Source: an uncultured virus (IMG/VR IMGVR_UViG_3300032219_000873) (taxonomy: Duplodnaviria; Heunggongvirae; Uroviricota; Caudoviricetes). From it: 64,000 nucleotides of DNA. Below the pieces are notes generated by a model that saw nothing but the letters and a program-made list of their open reading frames with translations, made no database searches and was not told the DNA's origin. Below, piece by piece: positions 28,007 to 37,987 of this stretch (position 1 is the first letter of the stretch; the number at the start of each line of letters is the position of its first letter). Position numbers and translations under genes: made by a program. The DNA lies in IMG/VR virus record IMGVR_UViG_3300032219_000873; one strand, written 5' to 3'.

Positions 28007-30261
28007 TGGCAGTTAAATCATTTAAACGTTCCACTATTAAAACCCTGAGAAGCTACAGAAACTTTTCCGTAGGAAATGTACGTCCAATTGTTACTGGAGG
28101 AACTCTTACTTCAGACGCTACGTATTACTATCGCACATTTACGGCCGCTAGCGACTTGGTAGTTACTGGCAGTAGCTTGAGCGCTGATGTTCTTGTCGTC
28201 GGTGGCGGTGGCGGCGGAGGTTTTGGAGAAGGTAACCCAAATGGCGACGGAGCTGGTGGTGGAGGTGCAGGTGGCTACCAAACTTCAACTCTTTCCCTTG
28301 CTCCCGCAACATACCCAGTTGTAATAGGCGCTGGAGGAGCAGGTGGGCCATACAACGGTGCTGCTGCTAATGGGTCTAGTAGCTCTGCTTTTAGCCTTAC
28401 TTCTTTAGGTGGGGGTAGGGGTGGTTCCGATGAAAATACTTTTCCTGCAGGTAGCGGTGGCTCTGGTGGTGGTACTGCCTCAATGTGTAATGGAAATAGC
28501 TCAGGTGGAACTGGAACTGCAGGTCAGGGCACCAATGGAGGCTCTGACGTTGACGGAGGATGTTCACTTCGTTCTGGAGCTGGTGGTGGTGGAGCTGGTG
28601 GAGCTGGTGCAAACACTACCTCAAACCCTGCAGGTGCTGGTGGTGTTGGACTCCAATGGCTAAATGGAACTTTTTACGCTGGTGGTGGCGGTGGTGGAGC
28701 TGGTGGTGGCACAGGCCGTACTGGTGGTACAGGCGGTAACGGTGGAGGCTCAAATGGAGCGCCTTCTGAATCTGCCGCAGGGCCAGCCACTGTAAACACT
28801 GGCGGTGGTGGCGGTGGTGGCGGTGCTGGTTTTGCTTTAAACGGAGCAGGTGGTGCAGGCGGCTCTGGTGTTGTAATTGTAAGATACACAAGACTTCAAG
28901 TGGAAGTCCCCATTGTGGTAAATTACTTAGTAATTGGTGGTGGCGGTGGCGGTGGTAGAGATAACTTTTCAGAAAATCGTGGTGCTGGTGGTGGCGGTGC
29001 TGGTGGATACCGCACATCATTAGGCACTTCTGGTGGTGGCGCTGCGGCTGAATCCGCGCTTAGTTTATTTACCGCCGCTAACTACACCGTAACCGTTGGC
29101 GCTGGTGGTCGTGGCGGAACTACTACTAACGATGTTGCTGGAGTTTCGGGGGCATCTGGGTCAGACTCTGTTTTTGCAACCATTACATCAATCGGTGGCG
29201 GTGGTGGTGGCGGTCATGGTTCTACCTTTGGAGCTGCTGGTCTAGCTGGTGGCTCTAGCGGTGGTGCAGGTAACTGCCAAAGCTCAACTGGCGCACCTAC
29301 TGCTAATCAGGGTTTCTCTGGAGGGCGTGACCTAGGCTGTAACTCCCCTTATCATGGTTTCGGTGGTGGTGGTGCGGGCGCAGCAGCTGCAAACAGCAGC
29401 TCTGCATCCACAGCAGGAGGTGACGGTGTTGCTTCAAGCATTACTGGCACTAGCGTTACTCGTGCTGGTGGTGGTGGTGGTCGTGGTGGCTCAAATACTG
29501 CTGCTGGTGGCACAGGCGGTGGTGGCGCAGGAACTGGAGTCGCTGGAACTGTAAACACAGGCTCTGGTGGCGGTGGAAACCGAGGCGGCGATGGTGGAGC
29601 AGGTGGCTCTGGTGTAGTCATTCTTAGCTACCCACAGGAATACGACATCCGTAATGGTGCAGGTCTTAGCTACACAACTTCTGTTGTAGGTGCAAATAAA
29701 GTCACAACCTTCACAGCGGGAACAGGCAACATTCAGTTTGCAGCGGCTGTCAACTCTTCATTCGTTCTGCTAGAGACTGTAACTCTAACCTCTGCTCAGG
29801 CATCGGTTGAGTTTACAAACTTGCTTAGCAAGTATGGGACTGATTATCAGCACCTTCAGGTTCGCATGGTTGGAAGAGCCTCCCGCTCTGGCGCAACTAC
29901 CGACCCTCTAATTGTCAGGCTAAATGGTGCAACACAAACCTACGGACACCACCTATACGGCAACGGGTCAAGCGTAGGAAGCGGAAGCATTGCCACCTCT
30001 TACTCAATCCTTGATGCAATTACAGGTGCTACGGCAACAGCCAACGCTTTTGGAGCTTGTGTGATTGACATTCTTGACCCTTTTGAGACAACAAAGAACA
30101 AAACTATTAAGGCGTTCAGTGGTGCTAATACTGTCGTTGGCTTGAGTTCTACATTTTGGAACTCAACAAGTGCTGTAACAAGCGTTTCTCTGACTCCATT
30201 TAGTGCAACTAACTTCTTGGTTGGAACTAAAATTTCTATCTACGGTCTGAAGGGAAGCTAA
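28006..30261 (+). CDS. Glycine-rich fibre protein, two Gly domains plus C-terminal beta domain
   Basis: Start reassigned to coupled ATG 28006 (MAVKSFKRS). Confidence 0.8.
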   Translation: MAVKSFKRSTIKTLRSYRNFSVGNVRPIVTGGTLTSDATYYYRTFTAASDLVVTGSSLSADVLVVGGGGGGGFGEGNPNGDGAGGGGAGGYQTSTLSLAPATYPVVIGAGGAGGPYNGAAANGSSSSAFSLTSLGGGRGGSDENTFPAGSGGSGGGTASMCNGNSSGGTGTAGQGTNGGSDVDGGCSLRSGAGGGGAGGAGANTTSNPAGAGGVGLQWLNGTFYAGGGGGGAGGGTGRTGGTGGNGGGSNGAPSESAAGPATVNTGGGGGGGGAGFALNGAGGAGGSGVVIVRYTRLQVEVPIVVNYLVIGGGGGGGRDNFSENRGAGGGGAGGYRTSLGTSGGGAAAESALSLFTAANYTVTVGAGGRGGTTTNDVAGVSGASGSDSVFATITSIGGGGGGGHGSTFGAAGLAGGSSGGAGNCQSSTGAPTANQGFSGGRDLGCNSPYHGFGGGGAGAAAANSSSASTAGGDGVASSITGTSVTRAGGGGGRGGSNTAAGGTGGGGAGTGVAGTVNTGSGGGGNRGGDGGAGGSGVVILSYPQEYDIRNGAGLSYTTSVVGANKVTTFTAGTGNIQFAAAVNSSFVLLETVTLTSAQASVEFTNLLSKYGTDYQHLQVRMVGRASRSGATTDPLIVRLNGATQTYGHHLYGNGSSVGSGSIATSYSILDAITGATATANAFGACVIDILDPFETTKNKTIKAFSGANTVVGLSSTFWNSTSAVTSVSLTPFSATNFLVGTKISIYGLKGS

Positions 30262-30716
30262 TGTCATACATACCTTTGGCAACTGTCACGCTAGGCGGAA
30301 GCGACGCTGACATTGTTTTCACTAACATTCCTGCACTCTTTAAAGATTTAGTAGTGATATTTAACGGGTCGATTTCTACGAGCAATAACTCACCCTTCTA
30401 TATGAATGGTGATACTACCTCTGGGAACTACGGTAGAGTGTCTGCTTGGGGAACTGGGTCAGCAACTGGCTCAGGGGCGTTCTATGGTGCAATCTGGTCA
30501 GGTTCGCAAAATACAGTGATTTACAATTTCATGGATTACTGCTCTACCGATAAGCACAAGGTTGCATTAGTAAGATGCAACAACGCTGCTAATGAGGTTT
30601 CGATGCAAGCAATTAGGTGGGCAAACACTGCTGCAATAACAAGCCTTACTTTTCTTGCTGGCTCTGGGCCAACTTACACAACTGGCTCTACATTCAGCCT
30701 TTATGGGGTGGTATAA
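30261..30716 (+). CDS. Structural beta-domain protein (paralog of preceding C-terminal domain)
   Basis: IVFTNIP...WANTAAITSL...GSTFSLYG. Confidence 0.75.
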   Translation: MSYIPLATVTLGGSDADIVFTNIPALFKDLVVIFNGSISTSNNSPFYMNGDTTSGNYGRVSAWGTGSATGSGAFYGAIWSGSQNTVIYNFMDYCSTDKHKVALVRCNNAANEVSMQAIRWANTAAITSLTFLAGSGPTYTTGSTFSLYGVV

Positions 30717-31253
30717 ATGACAATGACTTTGATTCAGCATCAAGAGCTAAGCTCTGCTCAGGCGAGCATTACTTTTAGCTCTATTCCGCAGACCTTCGAT
30801 GATTTGCTAGTCGTTTGTTCTTTGCGAAGTAATCGTAGCGGGGATGCAGCGGGAGACCAACTAATCCAATTCAACGGAACCACAAGTGGTTATAGTACAA
30901 AATATTTAAATGGAAATGGCTCATCTGCGAGCGGCGTCACACCTGTTGAAACAAATGGAATTTTTGGAATGTTGTCAGCTGCTGCACTTGCAACGACAAG
31001 CACATTTTCAAGTTCTCAAATATACATTCCAAATTACAGATTATCTGTGAATAAAAGCGTATCTGTTGACATGGTTACAGAAAATAATGGCAATCCTGCT
31101 TATCAAAGATTGCTTGCTGGGTTGTGGAGTAATACTGCTGCAATAACTTCTCTAAGTGTCACAGATGGCAACAGCGCACAACTAATTGCAGCGACCAGCA
31201 TAACTTTGTATGGCATCCTTAAGGGAACTTCAAACGGCGTGACCGTTGTATAA
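30717..31253 (+). CDS. Structural beta-domain protein (same paralog family)
   Basis: SAQASITFSSIPQTF...WSNTAAITSL...TLYGI. Confidence 0.75.
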   Translation: MTMTLIQHQELSSAQASITFSSIPQTFDDLLVVCSLRSNRSGDAAGDQLIQFNGTTSGYSTKYLNGNGSSASGVTPVETNGIFGMLSAAALATTSTFSSSQIYIPNYRLSVNKSVSVDMVTENNGNPAYQRLLAGLWSNTAAITSLSVTDGNSAQLIAATSITLYGILKGTSNGVTVV

Positions 31254-31267
31254 CAGAAAGAAAACAA

Positions 31268-31501
31268 ATGACTGAAATCATCACTAAACTAATTGTGGAC
31301 TGCACCACAGGCGAGCAGACCATTGTGCCTCTAACCGAAGAAGAACTGGCAGAGCGTGAAGCAATGCGTATTCAGGCTGAGGCGGACCAAGCAGCTAGAG
31401 AAGCTGAAGAAACCGCAAAGGCAGAGGCAAAGGCTTCTGGTATTGCAAAGCTTCTAGCACTTGGCTTGACTCAGGCCGAAGCAGAGGCTCTGCTAAACTA
31501 A
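31268..31501 (+). CDS. Fibre-associated small helical protein
   Basis: CTTGEQTIVPLTEEE...AKLLALGLT. Confidence 0.75.
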   Translation: MTEIITKLIVDCTTGEQTIVPLTEEELAEREAMRIQAEADQAAREAEETAKAEAKASGIAKLLALGLTQAEAEALLN

Positions 31502-31526
31502 TAAGATAACCTAAGGAGATACAACT

Positions 31527-31877
31527 ATGGCGCATTGGGCCGAACTTGACGAAAACAACGTCGTACTACGCGTACTCGTAGGCGATAACAACGACCCTAA
31601 CGGTGACGAGGGCTACCAGTGGCTATTGGACAACCTTGGCGGCACTTGGGTAAAGACTTCCTACAATGCCACTATCCGTAAGAATTTTGCAGGTATTGGC
31701 TATACCTATAATGAAGAGCTAGACGCTTTCATTTCGCCAAAGCCATTTGAGTCTTGGCTACTAGATGAGGACACTGCTCGCTGGGAAGCTCCAGTCGCTT
31801 ACCCAACTGATGGCGACGTATATACTTGGGACGAGGAAACTCTTTCTTGGGTTCCTGCTCCTGACGCTATTGCTTAA
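31527..31877 (+). CDS. Fibre-associated phage protein
   Basis: MAHWAELDENN...TSYN..RKNFAGIGYTY...W.AP. Confidence 0.8.
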   Translation: MAHWAELDENNVVLRVLVGDNNDPNGDEGYQWLLDNLGGTWVKTSYNATIRKNFAGIGYTYNEELDAFISPKPFESWLLDEDTARWEAPVAYPTDGDVYTWDEETLSWVPAPDAIA

Positions 31878-32095
31878 TGGACGCAAAGCCTTGGGATTTA
31901 CTAAATCCTAACATTGAACACGTTTCTGCTGAGGTAGCGGCTTCTCGCGTCTCTATTTGTGAAAGCTGTGAGAAGTGGCTTTCTGTTACTCGTCAATGTA
32001 AGCGTTGTGGATGCTTTATGGATTTAAAAACTAAACTTCCTCATGCAGCGTGTCCTTTAGGTAAGTGGAGTGCGGTTCCTGATGAGTCTTCATAA
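31877..32095 (+). CDS. Small Cys-rich protein
   Basis: RVSICESC...CKRCGCFMDLKTKL...CPLGKW. Confidence 0.75.
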   Translation: MDAKPWDLLNPNIEHVSAEVAASRVSICESCEKWLSVTRQCKRCGCFMDLKTKLPHAACPLGKWSAVPDESS

Positions 32096-32129
32096 AGACG
32101 CAACAAATCGACGCACATCTTCTACCCCT

Positions 32130-33170
32130 ATGAAAATAGCCGTTGTAACTATTGCCCTAAATGAAGAGCAGTTTGTAGAGACGTGGTATGCCTCGGCTAA
32201 AGCTGCAGACTATTTATTGATTGCTGATACAGGGTCTACAGATGCCACGGTTGAAAAGGCTAAGGCGCTTGGTATTAATGTGGTATCAATCTCTATTAAA
32301 CCTTGGCGCTTTGATGACGCTCGAAATGCGGCTCTTGCTCTAGTTCCTGACGACATCGATTACGTAGTTAACCTTGACATGGACGAAGTCCTAGTAGATG
32401 GGTGGCGAGCAGAACTAGAAAAGGCCACCGCTACTCGCCCTCGCTACAAGTACACATGGTCTTGGACTGAAGATGGAAATCCAGGGCTTCAGTACAACGG
32501 AGACAAGATTGTTAAGCGCCATGGCTATCGCTGGAAGCATCCTGTCCATGAGGTCATGGTAACCGACCGTCTGGAGGAGACCCAAGAGTTTATTGGGCTA
32601 GAGATTTACCACTACCCAGACAGCTTAAAACCACGCTCCCAGTACTTTCACCTACTAGAGTTAGCCACCAAAGAAGACCCTTGGGATGACCGAAACGCCT
32701 TTTACTTGGGGCGAGAGTACTTCTTTTACCAGCGCTACGCTGATGCTTCAAAAGAACTTAGGCGTCACCTAGAGTTGCCTAGAGCCGTATGGCCTCCAGA
32801 ACGCGCCGCTTCTATGCGTTTCCTAGCTAAATGTGAGCCTGAGAACACTCGTGACTGGCTAGAGAAAGCTATCAAGCAGGCACCTGGTCGCCGTGAGGCT
32901 CTAGTAGAGCTGGCCCAGTACTTCTACACTCGTGAGGATTGGCAAAACTGCTACTGGAGAGCGCTTGAAGCTATCAAGATTGAAGAAAAGCCTCTTGATT
33001 ACCTCTGCGAAGAGTTTGCTTGGAACGAACTGCCATACGACCTAGCGGCTATTTCCGCTCATAACTTGGGATTTAAAGAAGAGTCCATAAAGTACGGCCA
33101 ACAGGCGGTTTATCTAAGCCCAACAGACGCCCGCTTAGCCAGCAATCTCGTTTTCTATAAGGCAAACTAG
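32130..33170 (+). CDS. GT2 glycosyltransferase with TPR-like C-terminus
   Basis: IALNEE, DTGSTD, FDDARNAAL, LDMDE, HPVHE. Confidence 0.9.
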   Translation: MKIAVVTIALNEEQFVETWYASAKAADYLLIADTGSTDATVEKAKALGINVVSISIKPWRFDDARNAALALVPDDIDYVVNLDMDEVLVDGWRAELEKATATRPRYKYTWSWTEDGNPGLQYNGDKIVKRHGYRWKHPVHEVMVTDRLEETQEFIGLEIYHYPDSLKPRSQYFHLLELATKEDPWDDRNAFYLGREYFFYQRYADASKELRRHLELPRAVWPPERAASMRFLAKCEPENTRDWLEKAIKQAPGRREALVELAQYFYTREDWQNCYWRALEAIKIEEKPLDYLCEEFAWNELPYDLAAISAHNLGFKEESIKYGQQAVYLSPTDARLASNLVFYKAN

Positions 33171-33194
33171 TAGTAATACTTTTCGGAGGTATCC

Positions 33195-33464
33195 ATGCCT
33201 AGATTGGCAAACATTCAGGTCCGCAGAGACACCGCGGCTAACTGGACCTCAGCTAACCCTACCCTTGCAGCTGGTGAGCTTGGGCTAGAAACTGACACCC
33301 TTAAGCTAAAGCTAGGCAACGGCTCCACTGCGTGGACTTCCCTAGCGTATGTTGGTTCGGGCACCGCAGAGAACGCAACTAAGTTTGATAACCGCAAGCT
33401 TTATGTGCAGTCCTCAGCGCCATCTTCTGGCATGGTTGCAGGAGACCTCTGGATTAAGAATTAA
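33195..33464 (+). CDS. Fibre N-terminal domain protein (Mtd-N/hyaluronidase-N-like)
   Basis: IQVRRDTAANWTSANPTLAAGELGLETDT.KLKLGNGSTAWTSL. Confidence 0.8.
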   Translation: MPRLANIQVRRDTAANWTSANPTLAAGELGLETDTLKLKLGNGSTAWTSLAYVGSGTAENATKFDNRKLYVQSSAPSSGMVAGDLWIKN

Positions 33465-33472
33465 GGGTATAA

Positions 33473-35155
33473 ATGTCATACTCTATTTCTCAAGCAAGCG
33501 GGTACCCCCCAACACAAACTGAAGTAGCCGCGTTTTATAGCGCTACTAACGACCGTACTTTTAACATCCGTATTAGCGTTGCTAACGCAACTACGGGCGC
33601 AACTCTTGTTGGTTCAACCGTCTTAACTCCTGGGCAGCTAACTGACGGGTTTGCGTTTTCTAATGGGCTAACTCCTGGAACGTCATACAACATTGTTATG
33701 ACAATTCGTCGTTCCAGCAACTTTGAAGAGCTGGGCACCCGTAGCGTTACCATTTCTACCCTTGCTGCTCCGCCCCCTGCTCCTCCAAGCTGGTCCTCTA
33801 ATTTCCCTTCTGGTCAAGTTGGCAGTGCATACTCTGGTAGTGCCACCGCGAGTTTTCCTTCTGGAGGTTCGTGGGGCTTTCTAACTGCTCCAAGCATTCC
33901 TGGTTTAACCCTCGGCTACGACGGTGGCTCTAGTTTTAGATTAACTGGCACTCCAACTACGGCAGGGACGTATAACTTTAGCGCTAGGGCTACTGATAAC
34001 TTCAGTCAATCCACCGACGCTTCGTTTAGCATCACCATCAGTGCTGCTCCTCCACCGCCAGCCACTGTTCCCAGCGTAGTTGGGCAGTCCCAATCGACTG
34101 CGGTTACAAACATTCAGAACGCAGGATTAGTCGCCTCTGTTAGCTCTACCTCATCGGGAGCAAACTCGGGTAACAATGGCACTGTAGCTTCGCAGAATCC
34201 TGCTGGTGGTAGCAGCGTTACCTCAGGCAGCACAGTCTCCATCACCGTCTACTCGTTCAACCCGCCAGCGTGGATTGACAACGTAATCGTAAATACTTTT
34301 ACTGTTGGCACTGCTTACTCTGACTCGGTTTCGGCTACAAACAGCCCTACATACTCAATTAGTTCTGGTTCTTTGCCTACAGGCATCTCTTTGAACTCGT
34401 CTTCAGGAGCTATCACAGGAACTCCCACCACTCCTCAGGGATACTCCTTCACTATTAGCGCGTCCAATGGTGACGGTGCAGTAACTGTTTCGTACAGCGG
34501 AAACACGGGGTCACCACCTGTTTGGGTAGACCAGACTCTAGCTAGTTTCTTGCAGGGACGTGTTTACTCAGACGCAGTGGCTGCCACTAACAGCCCTACC
34601 TATTCCATAAATGCTGGTTCTCTACCTACAGGTATCTCACTTAACTCATCAACTGGTGCAGTAACTGGCACTCCTAGTGGTAGCGGCTCATTCAGCTTCA
34701 CTATTCAAGCGTCTAATAGCTCGGGTTCTATTACAGCAGCATTTAGCGGGAGCATTGTTCTAGTACCTAACTGGATTGATAACACGCTTGGAAGCGTTAT
34801 AAACGGAGTCGCTTTCTCAGACGGAGTGTCAGCTACTAACAGCCCTAGCTACTCTGTGACTGCAGGCTCTTTGCCAGCAGGATTGTCCTTAAACTCCTCA
34901 TCAGGTGCTGTTACTGGGACTCCTTCAGGCTCTGTTGGAACTGCGTACTCTTTCACGATTACTGCTACAAACGCTAACGGTAGTATTGCACAGGCGTTTA
35001 GTGGCTCAGTGCAGCCTGACCTTACAGGTCAAGTGAGTGTTTTTGACGGCACTACGTGGTCTCTTAAAGAAGTGTACGTCTACGACGGCACTGCATGGAA
35101 TAAGGGAGCTCTGCACGTTTACGACGGTACTAGCTGGGTTAAGTCCAGCTTCTAA
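33473..35155 (+). CDS. Virion protein with repeated putative Ig domains and a PASTA domain
   Basis: GSLPTGISLNSSSGAITGTP repeats; VPSVVGQSQSTA...GTVASQNPAGG. Confidence 0.85.
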   Translation: MSYSISQASGYPPTQTEVAAFYSATNDRTFNIRISVANATTGATLVGSTVLTPGQLTDGFAFSNGLTPGTSYNIVMTIRRSSNFEELGTRSVTISTLAAPPPAPPSWSSNFPSGQVGSAYSGSATASFPSGGSWGFLTAPSIPGLTLGYDGGSSFRLTGTPTTAGTYNFSARATDNFSQSTDASFSITISAAPPPPATVPSVVGQSQSTAVTNIQNAGLVASVSSTSSGANSGNNGTVASQNPAGGSSVTSGSTVSITVYSFNPPAWIDNVIVNTFTVGTAYSDSVSATNSPTYSISSGSLPTGISLNSSSGAITGTPTTPQGYSFTISASNGDGAVTVSYSGNTGSPPVWVDQTLASFLQGRVYSDAVAATNSPTYSINAGSLPTGISLNSSTGAVTGTPSGSGSFSFTIQASNSSGSITAAFSGSIVLVPNWIDNTLGSVINGVAFSDGVSATNSPSYSVTAGSLPAGLSLNSSSGAVTGTPSGSVGTAYSFTITATNANGSIAQAFSGSVQPDLTGQVSVFDGTTWSLKEVYVYDGTAWNKGALHVYDGTSWVKSSF

Positions 35156-35206
35156 CCTGATTTTTTAAACCAAATAGGGCACACTTATTTAGTACGAAAG
35201 GCCATC

Positions 35207-35797
35207 ATGCGCGGCAGTAAAATCATCGGCAGATTTGACATGGATTATGAAGCCATATCCATGTATGAAGCCATGGCCGAAGAACTGGGTGGCAAAGTTG
35301 GTATTGAAGTGGACTGGTTCCGCTGGCAAGACTGGTATTTAGAAGACGCAGACAATAACGTTGTAGACGATATTTATGATGTCTCTAGTGCTGTTGAGGG
35401 TGGTGGGCGTCGTTGGATGGCCCCATTCAAGATGCCTACTATTGCAGCGCAGATGGTCCGTGGTGGAAACCAGATGAATGAACGTGGTTTCTATACTACA
35501 GATACTTTGCGCCTTGTTATAAACGCAGGTGAACTTAAGAACCGTATTCCTGAGATTCTTAGGAATGAGCCTAATCAAAGTATTAAAGACCGTATCCTAT
35601 ACAGAGGTCAGGTATTTACACCTACCCGTATTAACCCCCGTGGTGCTTTTGGGTTCCGCTGGGCAGTTGTAACCATTGATTGCAATGAGGTCAACTCAGA
35701 AGAGTTGGTCAATGACCCACAATTTTTGCGATACGCATCCCCTACACCTATCGGCTATGGCGCTGGAAGCTATGGCTCTAACTCTTACGGAGGCTAA
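35207..35797 (+). CDS. Probable head-closure/neck protein
   Basis: Position; DRILYRGQVF. Confidence 0.55.
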   Translation: MRGSKIIGRFDMDYEAISMYEAMAEELGGKVGIEVDWFRWQDWYLEDADNNVVDDIYDVSSAVEGGGRRWMAPFKMPTIAAQMVRGGNQMNERGFYTTDTLRLVINAGELKNRIPEILRNEPNQSIKDRILYRGQVFTPTRINPRGAFGFRWAVVTIDCNEVNSEELVNDPQFLRYASPTPIGYGAGSYGSNSYGG

Positions 35798-35799
35798 TC

Positions 35800-36828
35800 A
35801 TGCCATTAAACAAACCTAACATTGGGCAGTCTAACTGGGGGCCAGCTCTAAACGCGGCTTTAGATTACCTAGACGCTCGTGCTAACCCTTTTTCTGGCTA
35901 TGACGCCGAAATTCATGTCAGCCAGATAGACGGAAATGACACTACTGGCAACGGTGACCTTGTAAACCCAGTTGCTACTATCACTAAAGCTCTTACCCTA
36001 GTTACTTCAAGCCGTAAAACAGTCATTGTTCACCCAGGAGTTTACACTGAAAGCCCATCAATAACTACTCAGTTCACAACCATAACTGGTCCTGGACTCA
36101 TTGGTGGAAACATTGTACTTTCTGGAACTTTGAGCACAAATACTGGGTGCACTATTGCAGGTATAAAGATGACAAACTTAACTGTGAATACGCCGACTGG
36201 TACGGGAAATGTTAACATCCTAAACTGCGAGGTCTCTGGAACTTTTACAAAAACCAGCAATGCTACTTACGTTGTTGTTCGTCTATGTGACATCAACGCC
36301 GCAGTTGTAACTGGGGCTGGATTAATAGCCTTCTTTGGTGGCAATCCAAATCGTATAAACGTCAACAACGCCAGTGCAAACGTGATTGTCAAGAGCGCTG
36401 TTACTATTGCACCAGTCCTAACTGCTGGAACCTTATCCCTTGTAGACTCCGTGGTAAGTGCCGCCGTTACCAACGCCGTCGCATCGGGTGCCTCAAGCGT
36501 GATTACTTTGGCTAACTGTCAGTTTTTAACAGCAGCGCTAACTGGCGTTGCACCACTTGTTTTAAATGGTTTTTATTCAATACTTAACTGTGTATACGAC
36601 AAGCCAAACTCAACCTTAGTTGCCTCATCTGGAACTGGTGGTAGCACTAATTCAATTGACTACTTCCAGTACATTAACGCTGACAGGTTTATCACTCAAG
36701 GCGGAACATCCTCTCAGTTTGTAAGGGGTGACGGTACTCTTGGGTCACTTGGTGCTACAGGCACATTTACCTCTCAAAATAACAAGACTATTACTGTTAC
36801 AAACGGCATAATTACTTCTATCGTCTAA
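35800..36828 (+). CDS. Beta-helix-like structural/spike protein
   Basis: GNDTTGNGD..NPVATITKAL; V.PGVYTE. Confidence 0.65.
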   Translation: MPLNKPNIGQSNWGPALNAALDYLDARANPFSGYDAEIHVSQIDGNDTTGNGDLVNPVATITKALTLVTSSRKTVIVHPGVYTESPSITTQFTTITGPGLIGGNIVLSGTLSTNTGCTIAGIKMTNLTVNTPTGTGNVNILNCEVSGTFTKTSNATYVVVRLCDINAAVVTGAGLIAFFGGNPNRINVNNASANVIVKSAVTIAPVLTAGTLSLVDSVVSAAVTNAVASGASSVITLANCQFLTAALTGVAPLVLNGFYSILNCVYDKPNSTLVASSGTGGSTNSIDYFQYINADRFITQGGTSSQFVRGDGTLGSLGATGTFTSQNNKTITVTNGIITSIV

Positions 36829-36842
36829 TACTAAGGACTGAC

Positions 36843-37040
36843 ATGGCTGAAGAACGCAAAAGTATTAAAAAGACACGTGTTGCAGCACGTGTAGGTAAGA
36901 ACCCTTCTGCAAACGTAGAAACTACTCTAGACAGCACTAAGTACCGCGCTGGCGGGGCAAAGATTAAGTCCAAGAAGGGCGGAATTGTGCGCAAGCCAAC
37001 CGCCAAAATTCGATACAAAAAGACCCATAAAAATGACTAA
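36843..37040 (+). CDS. Lys-rich microprotein
   Basis: AAGGA RBS. Confidence 0.7.
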   Translation: MAEERKSIKKTRVAARVGKNPSANVETTLDSTKYRAGGAKIKSKKGGIVRKPTAKIRYKKTHKND

Positions 37041-37221
37041 TAAAAAACCTACTAAATCTAAGGTAAACGAAGCAGGCAATTACACCAAGCCTGGAATGCG
37101 TAAAGCACTCTTTAATAAGATTAAGGCTGGCTCTAAGGGTGGTGACCCTGGTGAGTGGTCGGCTCGTAAGGCTCAGCTTCTAGCCTCTGAGTACAAGAAG
37201 GCTGGCGGAGGGTACAAGTAA
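37033..37221 (+). CDS. Lys-rich microprotein
   Basis: NYTKPGMRK...WSARKAQLLA.EYKKAGGGY. Confidence 0.75.
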   Translation: MTNKKPTKSKVNEAGNYTKPGMRKALFNKIKAGSKGGDPGEWSARKAQLLASEYKKAGGGYK

Positions 37222-37457
37222 TGGCTCTTGCTAAGTCGCAAAAGTCTCTTAAGGACTGGACTGACCAGAAGTGGAAGACTTCAGACGGTAAACCGTCTAA
37301 AGGTAAGAAGCGTTACTTGCCAGAAAAGGCATGGAACGAGCTTAGTGCCTCTGAGAAGGCTGCAACAAATAAAGCAAAAGCTGCAGGCAACAAAAAAGGC
37401 AAGCAGTTTGTAGCACAACCAAAAAAGATTGCTGCTAAAACAGCAAAACACAGATAG
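37221..37457 (+). CDS. Lys-rich microprotein
   Basis: SLKDWTDQKW...RYLPEKAW; TAATG coupling. Confidence 0.75.
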   Translation: MALAKSQKSLKDWTDQKWKTSDGKPSKGKKRYLPEKAWNELSASEKAATNKAKAAGNKKGKQFVAQPKKIAAKTAKHR

Positions 37458-37465
37458 GACTGTAA

Positions 37466-37603
37466 ATGGCTGACAAGAAAATGACTCCAAAGCAGATGAA
37501 GCTTGCTGCAATGTCTGGTGACAAGGGCAAGATTACCCGTGGCGACGTTATCAAAGCTGCTCAGATGAAAAAGGGCGGCATGATGAAGGCAAAGAAGAAG
37601 TAA
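37466..37603 (+). CDS. 45 aa Lys/Met-rich microprotein
   Basis: Read manually; AGGA RBS. Confidence 0.65.
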   Translation: MADKKMTPKQMKLAAMSGDKGKITRGDVIKAAQMKKGGMMKAKKK

Positions 37604-37690
37604 ATGGCAACTTGTAAGTGCGGTTCTTGCGCCTCATGCAAGAAAAAAGTAAAGTCAACTAAGAAGGCAGCAAAATATGGCCGAAAGTAA
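37604..37690 (+). CDS. 28 aa Cys/Lys peptide (MATCKCGSCASCKKK...)
   Basis: Read manually; abuts upstream stop. Confidence 0.5.
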   Translation: MATCKCGSCASCKKKVKSTKKAAKYGRK

Positions 37691-37985
37691 AAAGTCTAGC
37701 GGTAAGAAGAGAGACCCACGCCTAGAGCGTGCAGGTGTCTCTGGCTATAACAAGCCAAAGGCTACCCCTGGAGCTAAGAAGTCTCACGTTGTTGTCGCTA
37801 AAGAAGGCGACCAGATTAAGACTATTCGTTTTGGTGAGCAAGGTGCAGAGACCGCTGGCAAGCCTAAGGCAGGCGAATCCGAGCGCATGAAGGCTAAGCG
37901 TAAAAGCTTCAAGGCTCGTCACGCTAAGAACATTGCTAAGGGCAAGATGTCTGCGGCTTGGTGGGCAGATAAAGTCAAGTGGTAG
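37677..37985 (+). CDS. Lys-rich phage protein
   Basis: KTIRFGEQG...RKSFKARH...SAAWWADKVKW. Confidence 0.8.
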   Translation: MAESKKSSGKKRDPRLERAGVSGYNKPKATPGAKKSHVVVAKEGDQIKTIRFGEQGAETAGKPKAGESERMKAKRKSFKARHAKNIAKGKMSAAWWADKVKW

Positions 37986-37987
37986 TA

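Noticed and set aside
21980..29700. CRISPR array or DNA tandem repeats
   Set aside because: The repetition is codon-level (Gly-X-Y and poly-Gly) with synonymous variation; there is no repeat-spacer structure.
33195..33464. Diversity-generating retroelement
   Set aside because: An Mtd-N-like domain is present, but no reverse transcriptase or TR/VR pair was seen in the window.
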